From IMG/VR virus record IMGVR_UViG_3300008117_008405: 54,430 nt of DNA. One strand, given 5' to 3'. The position numbers were made by a program, and so were the translations under genes. Below are positions 29,567-39,661 of the stretch, in pieces. The first letter of the stretch is position 1. Every line of letters starts with the position of its first letter. Below the pieces are notes generated by a model, which was given only the letters and a program-made list of their open reading frames with translations, searched no databases and was not told the DNA's origin. This DNA comes from an uncultured virus (IMG/VR IMGVR_UViG_3300008117_008405). Taxonomy: Duplodnaviria; Heunggongvirae; Uroviricota; Caudoviricetes.

Positions 29567-30475
29567 TTAAAGAAAATCTCCCATGTACTCCATATTATCA
29601 GCTTTTAAAAGTAGTATAGATGGAGTAAGACCATCGTCAGGCATAAATCCCATGCTTTGCTCTTCCTTGATTCTTTTTTCAATAATTTTACCAAATTTCT
29701 TGTCCATGCTTGCTTTTACAATTACAAGTTGTAGCAAAGCTTTATTGCGTGGGCAAAAATAAACGACTATTCCTTCATTAGCTTTGACATGATATCTATC
29801 TACTTCTCGAAATCCATAATATCTATCAAGATATTGTTCTTGAGCTTTCATGAGGTCATCTTGTGTATCTCTTTCCACTTTATTCAAAAATACTAATTCA
29901 CCCTCACGAACAGGTTCATCAGTATTTGCCCAATCTAGAATATCACCATCGCAGTTAGGATAATGTGGGCAACTGATGTAATCTATCTCAGGGCCAGCTA
30001 TGACTTTGTAGTCTTTCACAAGAAAAACACTTTCGCACAAAAGACATTTCTTTTTACCTTCGATATCCTTGTGTTCTTCTATAGGACTATTTTTTTCCAA
30101 ATATTCTTTTTTGTTTTTTATGTAAAGCTCTCTTGGGCCTCCTCCCTCAAGAAAATCTTCTAATCTATGATCTTTTTCCATATCAAATCTAATTTTTTTA
30201 CCAACAAACTTTTCTTTACCATCATCTGGACTGAAATCAAAATAAAAATTGCCATCGTTTTCAGTTACTATCAATTCCCCACTCAAGGCATCGAATTTTT
30301 CTAAAACTTGTATTAAACGATTTTGCAAACCTTTAATTGTTACATCGTTTTCATAAATATCTGTTTCTGTTATTGAGCTATTAACTATGACACGGCTTTT
30401 GCCAAATTTTTTCTTGACAAATTCAAGTATCTCTCCACCTGCAAAAGCCATGTCATCAAATTCAATTACTTTCAT
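29567..30475 (-). CDS. Hypothetical protein with Zn-ribbon
   Basis: CLLC...CPHYPNC. Confidence 0.65.
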   Translation of the reverse strand: MKVIEFDDMAFAGGEILEFVKKKFGKSRVIVNSSITETDIYENDVTIKGLQNRLIQVLEKFDALSGELIVTENDGNFYFDFSPDDGKEKFVGKKIRFDMEKDHRLEDFLEGGGPRELYIKNKKEYLEKNSPIEEHKDIEGKKKCLLCESVFLVKDYKVIAGPEIDYISCPHYPNCDGDILDWANTDEPVREGELVFLNKVERDTQDDLMKAQEQYLDRYYGFREVDRYHVKANEGIVVYFCPRNKALLQLVIVKASMDKKFGKIIEKRIKEEQSMGFMPDDGLTPSILLLKADNMEYMGDFL

Positions 30476-30534
30476 TTTACCCCATTAAATAATTAAACAT
30501 GTCTTAAGTTTAATAGAGCAACTTTCTCAAAATA

Positions 30535-32595
30535 TTATAGTTGAGAACATACGGTCACAGCAGGTACATACGCATTATTGATAAAACGCATTTCAACACA
30601 CTTGCAATTTTGTCTTGAACAGATAAATCCTACTTTGCTTGCATCGACGCAAGCGCTGTAATTACAAGTTTCAGCTGGAAAAGTTACCGTGTCGAGAAAT
30701 ATTTGAGTCAAGTTTTTTACTTCAAGATCAGATAGTCTCTCTGCACTACCTTTAGAAACTAAAATATAAAATATTTGCCTAACATTTTCTATATTTTGAA
30801 TGCAATGGTCATCATACTCCCCGGTGGTATCATAAAGATGTAGGATACCATCGCTTTTTCCGGGGACAATAATAAAGTGATTAACCGATGGATCACCACC
30901 ATCGTAATTTGTTTTGAAAAACACAGAATATAATTTCCCATGAGATTTAATCGGATAAATTAAAGATGTGTCAGTTGCCGAGCCATCAGAACCAAGATTC
31001 CCAGTTATTGAAAATTCGCTCACATTCACATTCGTGGCAACCATCACAAACATTCCGGGATACATATTGGTAAAGTAATAACTCCCAGAACCAAAGTAAC
31101 TTGTACCGTTTAAAACTTTGCCATCAGAAGGCTTTGGTTGATAATTGTAACCATAAGGAGAACTAAGGTCTTCAAACGGATCAATATCGGTGTCATAAGC
31201 CTGAGTATGGGTTGATGGAACTGATAATACTGGATCAACACCATCCTCTTTTGCTGTATTATAATCCTGTGTCAGATTAGTATTTATAAAATTACCACCA
31301 TCATACATGTCATTATTTCCATCATTTATTCCCCATTGTTGGTATGAAAGTGGAACATGGAAGTCTAACAATTCACCTGAATTACTCAATTTTGCATAAT
31401 TATACCTTGTTGCTCTGTTATATGATGTGAATCTTCCAACAACATAAATATTGCCATGAATGTCGTAAGTTATTTTCTGCACTCTTCCATCTGGGGAGAC
31501 ACCGCCAGCACCTGATCCTGTGTCATCATTAAAACCGCTACCCGTGTCAAATGAGACATCTTTAGTTCCGTCTGAATTAAATCGAATTATGTGACCTTGT
31601 CTTTGGCCGTTATACTCATTGAACCATCCACCAACTAATATTTTTTGATCTGGCTGTACATTCACATATTGTACATTGACAGAGGTATCATTGGTATTTA
31701 CGAGCCCTGTGCCCTCAGTCTCAAATGACGCATCCAAACTTCCATCAGAGTTTAGTCTTACTACTCCGGGATTGCATGGACTTCCATTAAATTCTGTGAA
31801 CCAACCTCCAACTATGATCTTGCCGTCATCCTGTTGATCTACGCTATAAACACGACCGTTGAATCCAGTACCTATAGTATCTGAAAAATCTGTATCTTCT
31901 GTGCCATCGGCATTGATTCTATGGATATGTTCTGGAAAGTTGCCACCTAAAATGACTTTTCCATCGCTTTGCACATGCAAATCTTGAATGACATCATTGA
32001 TCCCATTTGTCAGCCAATTTGTAGTAAAAGCTGTATCTTCCTGACCTTGCTCGTCAAGTTTAATTAAATGATCAACTGTGTTTCCAGTATTATGTTGTGA
32101 AAATTGTCCGCAAACTAATGCGCTTAAATTAGGCAAAACATGAACAGCAAAGGCTGGCCCATCAAAACCATAATTGTAGGTAGTAGAAGGGTCGTATGTG
32201 ACATCGATAGTGCCATCAGAGTTTAGTCTACAAATTCTACCAACATTATTGCCATTTAAATTTGAAAAATGGCCAACAACAACCAACTTGCCATCGGATT
32301 GCTCATAAACATCTCTAACATATCCATCATTTGCCCCTCCGAAATCTTCTGTAACGAAAGAGGCATCCTCTGTTCCATTAGGGTTGAATCTTCTTAAATT
32401 TTTAAAACCAGATGTAGCATCAATGCCACCCAATAAAACTTTTCCGTCTGTCTGAACATATGCAACAGCGCCGATTCCAACTCTCAAAGATGTATTAGCA
32501 TCAGCATCATCTGCAAAATAAAATTTTTCGTTAAAACAATTTGTAATTCCAAGATGGGCAGCATTCAGGTTTTTAAGATAAGTATTAATGAGCAT
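30535..32595 (-). CDS. Delta-60-repeat beta-propeller protein, probably virion-associated
   Basis: About 6-7 repeats of Q.DGK.LVGG.F...RLNSDG..D.SF. Confidence 0.85.
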   Translation of the reverse strand: MLINTYLKNLNAAHLGITNCFNEKFYFADDADANTSLRVGIGAVAYVQTDGKVLLGGIDATSGFKNLRRFNPNGTEDASFVTEDFGGANDGYVRDVYEQSDGKLVVVGHFSNLNGNNVGRICRLNSDGTIDVTYDPSTTYNYGFDGPAFAVHVLPNLSALVCGQFSQHNTGNTVDHLIKLDEQGQEDTAFTTNWLTNGINDVIQDLHVQSDGKVILGGNFPEHIHRINADGTEDTDFSDTIGTGFNGRVYSVDQQDDGKIIVGGWFTEFNGSPCNPGVVRLNSDGSLDASFETEGTGLVNTNDTSVNVQYVNVQPDQKILVGGWFNEYNGQRQGHIIRFNSDGTKDVSFDTGSGFNDDTGSGAGGVSPDGRVQKITYDIHGNIYVVGRFTSYNRATRYNYAKLSNSGELLDFHVPLSYQQWGINDGNNDMYDGGNFINTNLTQDYNTAKEDGVDPVLSVPSTHTQAYDTDIDPFEDLSSPYGYNYQPKPSDGKVLNGTSYFGSGSYYFTNMYPGMFVMVATNVNVSEFSITGNLGSDGSATDTSLIYPIKSHGKLYSVFFKTNYDGGDPSVNHFIIVPGKSDGILHLYDTTGEYDDHCIQNIENVRQIFYILVSKGSAERLSDLEVKNLTQIFLDTVTFPAETCNYSACVDASKVGFICSRQNCKCVEMRFINNAYVPAVTVCSQL

Positions 32596-32658
32596 TATTT
32601 ATACCTTTCCACAAAATACTTATGTATCTATGGAAAAGTTATAGCAAATTACATCATA

Positions 32659-33198
32659 TTAAATACAATTGGAATCGCTTGCGTATTGATTATCAAAAAA
32701 TGGTATATTGAATTTACGGCCTTTAACCTTTGTAAAACAGTCAATATTATTCTGTATATCATTTCCAAGAGTTCTACATCTAGTGCTTATGACAGCGTTA
32801 TGCTCACAATCAATTAAATCAAACCTCATGGCTGTTTGGCCTTCTCCATTAACAAATTTTTCACCATAAATTACTGATTCTTGATTATACTTTTTACCAA
32901 GATTAATAACCTCATCTCTTGACATATGAGGAACTATGAAAGATGGTTCTTTGTGCCCATATTGGCCAGATACTTTAATAGGACCGTAATTATTCTGTCG
33001 TAAATCAGCTTCCAAACTGCTCATCAACTGCCAATTTTCTCTATTTGAAAGCATTTGAGCTTGGGGATTTGCTGCTGTAAGAATGGCAAGCTTGTCTATA
33101 CTATCAATATCACCAAGTAACATTCTTCTGACATGACTGAATCCAGCCATATTGTCAGTATCTTTACCTTCCAGCCATTCCTTAAATCCAGTCATCAA
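32659..33198 (-). CDS. DUF3293/SAM-lyase-like protein with capsid-targeting-like N-terminus
   Basis: FKEWLE; ILTAANP, G.YG..E.SFIV, LGKKYNQESV; AAGGAGG SD. Confidence 0.6.
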   Translation of the reverse strand: MMTGFKEWLEGKDTDNMAGFSHVRRMLLGDIDSIDKLAILTAANPQAQMLSNRENWQLMSSLEADLRQNNYGPIKVSGQYGHKEPSFIVPHMSRDEVINLGKKYNQESVIYGEKFVNGEGQTAMRFDLIDCEHNAVISTRCRTLGNDIQNNIDCFTKVKGRKFNIPFFDNQYASDSNCI

Positions 33199-33220
33199 AT
33201 CCTCCTTAATATATAGAACT

Positions 33221-33721
33221 TTATTCGTTAATCAAAATACTAGTTATTGAATCTTTACAGAAACGCATAACCTCAAATTCTGGCAAATACTTTTTCAACT
33301 CATTCTTTTCTATAAGTATCGGGTAACCAGTAATAATATACATCGTGTGAATTGAATTCGCCAACCCGAAAAATTCACATTGAACTTTGACAGGTTGATA
33401 ATCCAATCCTCCTTCATCGTTGAGAACAGTTGGATCGTCAGGATCGCAGGTCCAAGGCATGAGAGTGTAATGAGTGGCGCTTTCATCCACAATCATCCAC
33501 ATGCCCCAAGGAGTGCCGTTGCCATCAAAATCAACACGATCTAGTTTGGGATCACATGATTGAAAGTCGGCTTCCTCTTGTCCTTTTTCAAGCAACTTCT
33601 GGTGCCATAGTTCTCGATCTTCTTGATTCAGAAGATCGAGAACAAAAGCGTCCTCAAAAATTTCACCTATCATATAGGTGTCTTGATTAGACGGCCCAGT
33701 TTTTGGCGACGAAAATTCCAT
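33221..33721 (-). CDS. Hypothetical acidic protein
   Basis: GGAGG SD then ATG 33721, overlapping the ArdC end. Confidence 0.65.
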   Translation of the reverse strand: MEFSSPKTGPSNQDTYMIGEIFEDAFVLDLLNQEDRELWHQKLLEKGQEEADFQSCDPKLDRVDFDGNGTPWGMWMIVDESATHYTLMPWTCDPDDPTVLNDEGGLDYQPVKVQCEFFGLANSIHTMYIITGYPILIEKNELKKYLPEFEVMRFCKDSITSILINE

Positions 33722-34943
33722 AGTTTTCCTCCGGTGCTTCGGTTTTAGGATTGAAAGAAGACAACTTGAGATGAGAAAACTTGCTTCCAAGTTTATCCAA
33801 AATCAAACTTGTGGCATCCTTAGCAGCATACATCACCTCATCAAGGTAGTCAGGTTCTGATTGCAATTTAGTCAACCAGCTTTTCATATAAGCGGAGGAG
33901 TTTTGAATCAAATCATCTCCTTCCCAATCATGCATGCCCAAGATTGACATGAGACTGATGCAAGTGAATTCAGCTACCAATTCCTCCCTCGCATAAGCAT
34001 CGTCCGGTCCAAAGAATGGATCATAAGTCCCATGAGGTCGGTTTAGCTGCTTCTTGGTGCTATGCACAAGCTCATGCAGCAACACAGCATAAAATCCCTT
34101 GCCACTCTTAAATCGTTCGGGCTTCGGCATGTAGATAGCATGTTCTGACAAGCGATAAAAAGACCTCTTTTCCATGGGATCATCGTGGAAAATCAAATTG
34201 CAACCCAGAAGACCCGGAAGCGCATCAAGTTCAGGACAACGAATGATATTGATTTTGTCATCATAAGTAATGCGACACTCATGCAAGTCATTCTTACGCA
34301 ATTGATCGAGAGCATCTTGTTGCTCTTGAGTTTGTGGGTCCATATCATCCAAATTCATTACATAGAATGGTGCCCATCCTGTATGATCATAGATAAATTC
34401 ACCATCGCTATCTTTAGCATAGATATATTTTCCATTTGCATCTGTTTTTGGATCACCATTTGCTTCGTGTTCGATGCATTTGCTCATTTGTGGAGCAAAC
34501 AATGTGATAGGATGAGTGCCCTTAATACAATGAAGTCCGGGGACTACCTTCTTCCATTGACCAACAGTCCCAAACCAATTGCTGCTATATTTTAAGATAG
34601 CACAAGCAACCTGAAGTCGAATGAAGTTCATCTTTTGGTACGCCTCTCCAGTAATCACCTTCTTCGGAGTAGCGTTAATGATAAGACTGCCATTTTGAAT
34701 TGCTTTACCGTCATCTAGTTGATGTCGCCATGGAATCACGCCATTTTTGAGATTATCGACAATTGCAGTTTTCATGGCCTCCATTTTGGCGAGAATCTTA
34801 TCTCGTCCCTTCAAGCCGGTAGCATTAATGTCTGGAAGACCTACGCTGGTCCAAACAGGAGTCCTTTTTACTGGGACATAATCTGAAGGAGATGCTGAAA
34901 CTTTAGGCGTATTTTGCTCGACGGTATTGGTAGTGGTGCTCAT
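33687..34943 (-). CDS. ardC: ArdC-like antirestriction protein (ssDNA-binding N-terminus + zincin-like domain)
   Basis: PW, TG..Y...N, T..QW, V.N.D, FY....I.MP..F, HELVH, YAREELVAE, S.AY..SW; AAGGAGG SD then ATG 34943. Confidence 0.88.
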   Translation of the reverse strand: MSTTTNTVEQNTPKVSASPSDYVPVKRTPVWTSVGLPDINATGLKGRDKILAKMEAMKTAIVDNLKNGVIPWRHQLDDGKAIQNGSLIINATPKKVITGEAYQKMNFIRLQVACAILKYSSNWFGTVGQWKKVVPGLHCIKGTHPITLFAPQMSKCIEHEANGDPKTDANGKYIYAKDSDGEFIYDHTGWAPFYVMNLDDMDPQTQEQQDALDQLRKNDLHECRITYDDKINIIRCPELDALPGLLGCNLIFHDDPMEKRSFYRLSEHAIYMPKPERFKSGKGFYAVLLHELVHSTKKQLNRPHGTYDPFFGPDDAYAREELVAEFTCISLMSILGMHDWEGDDLIQNSSAYMKSWLTKLQSEPDYLDEVMYAAKDATSLILDKLGSKFSHLKLSSFNPKTEAPEENYGIFVAKNWAV

Positions 34944-34984
34944 TGTGAAATCCTCCTTGGTTAAAGTTTCGTATCTGAACGCAC

Positions 34985-35974
34985 CTAACCAGACATCCAA
35001 GAAGTTTCGCCGGATTCAAAATTTATTTCTGGAAAATTTGTTCTGTATATTTCAAGTGATAGCAAGTTTTGTTTTGATAGTAACTGTTTATATTCTGAGG
35101 GGTTTTCAAAAAAGGCAGAAATCAGTTTTTGATCCTGAATATCTTGTTCTAAGCTGTCTATATTGCTTTGTTTTTTTCCAAATCGTGTAAGGGTTGGCCA
35201 AGAATACAATACAGAATTTTTGAAATATAATTGAAAGACATATGATCCAAAAATGTCGGATATATTTCCAAGATTTTGAAAAATAAAATAATAAGGTACG
35301 GCTTCTCTTTTTATTAAAGTGTTCAGACAATTAAATGGCATCAAAGCATTTGATGTGAAAGGTTTGCTTATACTTATTTGAGCATCAGGTTGAAAGAATA
35401 TTTTTCCTAGATTGTCTACATCTGTTGACCCGTTTATGAAAGATGTTTGAACAAAAGGTTTTATTCGACAATTTAAATTCTTTACTATTGAATTTCTACT
35501 GATAAGTTTTTCCCATGGAAACCCTCTGTGCCACATATGAGTAGATGTGGTAGCTTGAAAAGGATCAAGAACAGCATCTTCAGTTACAAACAAATCTATG
35601 TCATGTTCCGAATTTAAAAAATTACCTATCGTAACTTTTTCAAATAGATAATTAAGCTCTGTCTCTTCATCTAAATCAACTAGAAATATCGTCTTTGCCT
35701 TCTGGCGATATGCATACAACATCCCAAGATTGAGTCGAAATTTGTCATCTTCATCGATGTTCGTATAAAGTCTAAAATCAATATTTTTTTGATCGTCTAG
35801 TGAAATATATTCAAAATTTTCATAGAAAATTGGTAGTTTTTTAAATGAGTCGTGATCGCTTTTTGGTTTTGCTAAAAATAAAATTCTTACGCCATGGGAT
35901 TTGTAGACATCAAATATATTAAATATTTTATCCGTAGGTTTGTCTGGGGCTAAGCAAATAGCAAAATTCATCAA
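34985..35974 (-). CDS. STELLO-like glycosyltransferase-related protein
   Basis: NLGMLYAY, W.RGFPW, DVD, PFN..NT, DIFGSY. Confidence 0.6.
   Translation of the reverse strand: MMNFAICLAPDKPTDKIFNIFDVYKSHGVRILFLAKPKSDHDSFKKLPIFYENFEYISLDDQKNIDFRLYTNIDEDDKFRLNLGMLYAYRQKAKTIFLVDLDEETELNYLFEKVTIGNFLNSEHDIDLFVTEDAVLDPFQATTSTHMWHRGFPWEKLISRNSIVKNLNCRIKPFVQTSFINGSTDVDNLGKIFFQPDAQISISKPFTSNALMPFNCLNTLIKREAVPYYFIFQNLGNISDIFGSYVFQLYFKNSVLYSWPTLTRFGKKQSNIDSLEQDIQDQKLISAFFENPSEYKQLLSKQNLLSLEIYRTNFPEINFESGETSWMSG
34986..35011 (-). promoter_or_regulatory. GGCGAAACT-N14-TTA motif upstream of ardC
   Basis: GGCGAAACT 35011-35003; TTA 34988-34986. Confidence 0.65.
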
Positions 35975-36693
35975 GTCAAATTTCCATTGATGTCAATCTG
36001 GTGCCACTCCGCAGTTAAACTGCTTCTCGCATCATTAGGTGGTTCTGCGGTAAAATAATACAGAGCTAAACTATTTCTACAAATATTTTGTGGGGTATTT
36101 AATGGATGCGGGTGGCCATGCAAAGCGTCTTTTGTTGTATCAAAAATTACTGCTCTATTGAAAATTGGCATTATATCATGAACTACTTTTTTGGTTCGTT
36201 TATCAAATAATTGCAAAGAACCACCCCATTTTTCATCCCAGTCTCTATTTAAATAAAGCAACAGATTGAGTCTTCTGTACCATTTTTTATTATTTGGATG
36301 TTTCGCAAAATCTTCGTGAACAGATAATTTCCCACCGTTAAAAATTCTATGCATCCCACCGCCAGCAAAAAAGGGGTCTCCAAATAGATTTTTGATACCT
36401 GTTAAATCTCTTAAAAATATAAGTGTTTGGGTTGTATTCATAGACTGCAAAAATGATTTGGTGTGTTGAGGAAGGCTTGAAATGTCCTGTTCTTTCCACG
36501 GGATGAATAATTTATTAGCCATATTGTCGCCAGCTACGGGGTCATAACCCCAAGCTTGAGGTTGCTCGAATTCATAAGAAATTTTGTCTAATAGGCTGAT
36601 ATCAGAAATAAAGTTGTCAATAACTACATGTGGGAATGGTTTTGCGTACACAAATTTTTCGTGTAAACTTGCTCCAAGTGAATAATCAAACAT
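35971..36693 (-). CDS. 2OG-Fe(II) oxygenase
   Basis: PFPH..IDNF, GGG.H, HED, LLLYLN..W....GG.L, P.FNR..IF, HGHP, R.SLALYY. Confidence 0.9.
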   Translation of the reverse strand: MFDYSLGASLHEKFVYAKPFPHVVIDNFISDISLLDKISYEFEQPQAWGYDPVAGDNMANKLFIPWKEQDISSLPQHTKSFLQSMNTTQTLIFLRDLTGIKNLFGDPFFAGGGMHRIFNGGKLSVHEDFAKHPNNKKWYRRLNLLLYLNRDWDEKWGGSLQLFDKRTKKVVHDIMPIFNRAVIFDTTKDALHGHPHPLNTPQNICRNSLALYYFTAEPPNDARSSLTAEWHQIDINGNLT

Positions 36694-36728
36694 TTTGACC
36701 GTCCTTAGTATAAATCAGTAAGTAATTT

Positions 36729-37538
36729 TTATAGTTTTTTACAATTTTCGTAAAAATATTGACCATATTTCATTCTATTTTTTAACCAAAATTCTGGATA
36801 AATTTCTTCGGCGGTTTCTTGCTTGTATATGCCTCTGAACAAATGAGTTGCTACTAAATTATCTTTATATTGATATGATTGAAAACAATCAGGTCTTCCA
36901 TGCGAATATTTCCCAAATCTTGGTGTTTTTTCAATACTTTCTCGAAATATCTGCATGGGCAGATGTGATGTCCTTAGATTCAATTGCCAACCTGTGTCTT
37001 GATTTTTTACCAAGGTGCCTTTTTTACAATCTTGGCAATACTGCCAAGTGGCCGACAGGTCACAGTTTTTTATATCTTGCAAATAATAAGCTGCACCATA
37101 AATGGCAGGTCCAGACATGGTTCTGTGTTGAACCCCAACACTTCGATTGCCAGCCATTAAAAAACTTTCTAGAAAATCAAGATGCCCTTGAACTAACCAA
37201 AAACAATCTGGATCGTTAAAGATAACATATTTTGAATTCACTCTCCTGAGTATTTCAGTCAATTCGCTTCCATGTGGTAGGCCCTTTTCCGCAAAAGACT
37301 CCCAAAAAAACAATTTAATATTTTTATATCTTTTATATTCATTTATAAGATTTTCTAGCAGATTGTTATCGTTATGCGGAAACATTCCATCAAATATACA
37401 AAGTTCAAAGTCGTTCGGATTGTTGTAATCATAGAGCGTTTTTATTTGCCAATATAAGTATTCATAGGATTTCCAATGAACCGTTGCTACGGTCCATTTT
37501 CTAATTTGGTTTTCAGAAAAAGATGAAATTTTTACCAT
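36729..37538 (-). CDS. GT-A fold glycosyltransferase-like protein
   Basis: HG..L, DPDCF, DTGWQ, HLFRG. Confidence 0.6.
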   Translation of the reverse strand: MVKISSFSENQIRKWTVATVHWKSYEYLYWQIKTLYDYNNPNDFELCIFDGMFPHNDNNLLENLINEYKRYKNIKLFFWESFAEKGLPHGSELTEILRRVNSKYVIFNDPDCFWLVQGHLDFLESFLMAGNRSVGVQHRTMSGPAIYGAAYYLQDIKNCDLSATWQYCQDCKKGTLVKNQDTGWQLNLRTSHLPMQIFRESIEKTPRFGKYSHGRPDCFQSYQYKDNLVATHLFRGIYKQETAEEIYPEFWLKNRMKYGQYFYENCKKL

Positions 37539-37566
37539 TTATTAATATATCTTTATCAGATTTCAA

Positions 37567-37574
37567 TATAAATA
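37567..37574 (+). promoter_or_regulatory. T4-like late promoter TATAAATA
   Basis: Exact consensus 16 nt upstream of the RCC1 gene ATG. Confidence 0.55.
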
Positions 37575-37590
37575 GACTAAAAAGGTATTT

Positions 37591-39165
37591 ATGGCAAATG
37601 TAACAGGAACATACACGACAAAATTTAGAGACGAAAACGGAATAGACCTTGGTCTACAGTTGGTCGAAACTGCATACCTAACTGCCGTCAAAGCGAATAT
37701 GGTTCCCAACTATATTCTGCCAGATGCACAAGTATCGAAATTTTATTTTAAATCTGGAGCTACCACTTACAACCTAGATGACATTTATGTCAGAGCAGAT
37801 TTTTGGAGACAGGGCAATTTGCTGAATTGGGGAAACAATTCATCTGCCCAGCTTGGATCACATGATCTAGTTCATAGAAGTTCTCCCATACAAACATGTG
37901 CTGGTGGTAACAATTGGATTGACATATCGATGGGTGGTTTTCACACAGCGGGAATAAAATCAGACGGTACGCTCTGGTTGTGGGGAACAAATTCTTACGG
38001 ACAGTTAGGTGATAACACAACTACAACCCGTAGTAGTCCTGTACAAACGGTAACTGGAGGAACAAACTGGCAAAGTGTATCGTGCGGATATAGGTTTACA
38101 GCATCTATTAAGACAGACGGGACGCTTTGGGTTTGGGGATACAATCTTTTTGGAAATCTAGGTGATAATACCCGCACAAGTAGAAGCTCCCCAATTCAAA
38201 CAGTTACTGGAGGCAGCACATGGAAACAGGCTAGCTGTGGAAAGTTTTACATGGCAGCAGTAAAAACGGATGGAACTCTTTGGTCTATGGGTCAGAACCT
38301 CTATGGACAACTAGGAGATAATTCTACGGTTCATAGATCATCACCAGTACAAACAGTAGCAGGTGGCACTAACTGGAAACAAGTTGCATGCACAGGATTT
38401 TCTACCGGATGTATCAAAACCGATGGCACTCTCTGGACATGGGGGAGTGGCGGGGCATTAGCAACCGGAGTTTTCGGGGAACCCTCTAGATCGTCGCCTG
38501 CACAAACTGTTACAGGGGGCACGAACTGGAAATTCGCAAGTGGTGGCGGTGGCCATATGGGCGCTATTAAGACAGACGGCAGCCTCTGGATGTGGGGGCA
38601 AAACAATTTAGGACAATTAGGAAATAATTCATCCTTTTTGACCTATTCGCCTGTACAAACAGTTTCGGCTGGTAATACTTGGGTTTATTTAGGGTGTGGA
38701 TATGAAAATACAACAGCGATAAAAACAGATGGTACGCTCTGGGTTTGGGGGGTGAACGCTTACGGTCAAATTGGTGATAACACAAGAACCAATAGAAGCT
38801 CCCCAGTACAAACAGTTTTGGGAGGAACAGCATGGAGAAAATCAACAGGTGGTAAATATTACTGTGGTGCTTTAAATTATTTAGACTTCCCAGCAGGTAC
38901 AATACCTGCTCCACCGCCCGGACCAGCACCAACGCCAGCACCTGCTCCTTGTTGGGTTGCAAGACTAGTTTACGGAGAAAGCAATCCAAGATGGATGGTA
39001 TTCCGGGATTGGCTACTCCACGAATCTCCAAACTGGTTCAGAAATCTCTACATCAAGTATGGAGAGTCTTTTGCAAACTCCATCAAGAACATGCCTCTTG
39101 CTAAGTCTGTAGTGAAGTCTATGATGGATATCATCGTCCGCAAAAGATTCAAAGATAAAAATTGA
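37591..39165 (+). CDS. RCC1/BLIP-II repeat beta-propeller with Pro-Ala linker and C-terminal CWVAR-type domain
   Basis: Seven ~51-aa repeats IKTDGTLW.WG.N.YGQLGDN....RSSPVQTV.GG.NW; PAPPPGPAPTPAPAP; CWVARLVYG...W..FR.WL...P.WFR.LY..YGE.FA. Confidence 0.88.
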   Translation: MANVTGTYTTKFRDENGIDLGLQLVETAYLTAVKANMVPNYILPDAQVSKFYFKSGATTYNLDDIYVRADFWRQGNLLNWGNNSSAQLGSHDLVHRSSPIQTCAGGNNWIDISMGGFHTAGIKSDGTLWLWGTNSYGQLGDNTTTTRSSPVQTVTGGTNWQSVSCGYRFTASIKTDGTLWVWGYNLFGNLGDNTRTSRSSPIQTVTGGSTWKQASCGKFYMAAVKTDGTLWSMGQNLYGQLGDNSTVHRSSPVQTVAGGTNWKQVACTGFSTGCIKTDGTLWTWGSGGALATGVFGEPSRSSPAQTVTGGTNWKFASGGGGHMGAIKTDGSLWMWGQNNLGQLGNNSSFLTYSPVQTVSAGNTWVYLGCGYENTTAIKTDGTLWVWGVNAYGQIGDNTRTNRSSPVQTVLGGTAWRKSTGGKYYCGALNYLDFPAGTIPAPPPGPAPTPAPAPCWVARLVYGESNPRWMVFRDWLLHESPNWFRNLYIKYGESFANSIKNMPLAKSVVKSMMDIIVRKRFKDKN

Positions 39166-39172
39166 TATCAAC

Positions 39173-39205
39173 TAGACTTGGCGAAACTAGTTTTCGACAA
39201 GTCTA
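39173..39205 (+). promoter_or_regulatory. GGCGAAACT-N14-CTA motif embedded in an inverted repeat
   Basis: TAGACTTG-G-CGAAA-CTAGT-TTTCG-A-CAAGTCTA; TATAAT at 39210-39215; AAGGAGG SD. Confidence 0.65.
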
Positions 39206-39238
39206 CTTGTATAATTTCAGACCACAAGGAGGAATGAC

Positions 39239-39661
39239 ATGGAAACGCAAACCAAGAGGGGACATAACAAGTCAGCCCTTGCCAAGCCTAAAAAGGAAAA
39301 GCTGCTTAAACTCGCAGCGCAAGGCAAGCCCCGCCCTAATTCAAAAAAGCACCCGCTAGGAATGTCCCTCAATAAGTACATCTGCAAGTCTGGAACTTGC
39401 TACGATGCCGAATTCGATCAACAAATACGCAAGCTGGCTCCACATTGGTTTGTGAACCAAGCTGAAGAAAATAAAAAACAATTGATAGAATTAGCTAAAG
39501 CTATTCCCAATCAGAGAAGGCCAAAGTTTAAAGAAACCAAGCTGGGTACCGTCTTGAAGTTCTACACCACACCAACTGCCTCTTCCTACGATCCAGAATT
39601 CACTAAGAAGGTGAAAAAACTAGCTCCTTGGTGGTTCAGAAAGTCAACAAAAAATGCTTAA
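39239..39661 (+). CDS. 'LAPHWF' repeat protein, 2 repeats, no N-cap
   Basis: Two ~54-aa KK.L..LA...RP...LG..L..Y......YD.EF...I.KLAP.WF units. Confidence 0.85.
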   Translation: METQTKRGHNKSALAKPKKEKLLKLAAQGKPRPNSKKHPLGMSLNKYICKSGTCYDAEFDQQIRKLAPHWFVNQAEENKKQLIELAKAIPNQRRPKFKETKLGTVLKFYTTPTASSYDPEFTKKVKKLAPWWFRKSTKNA

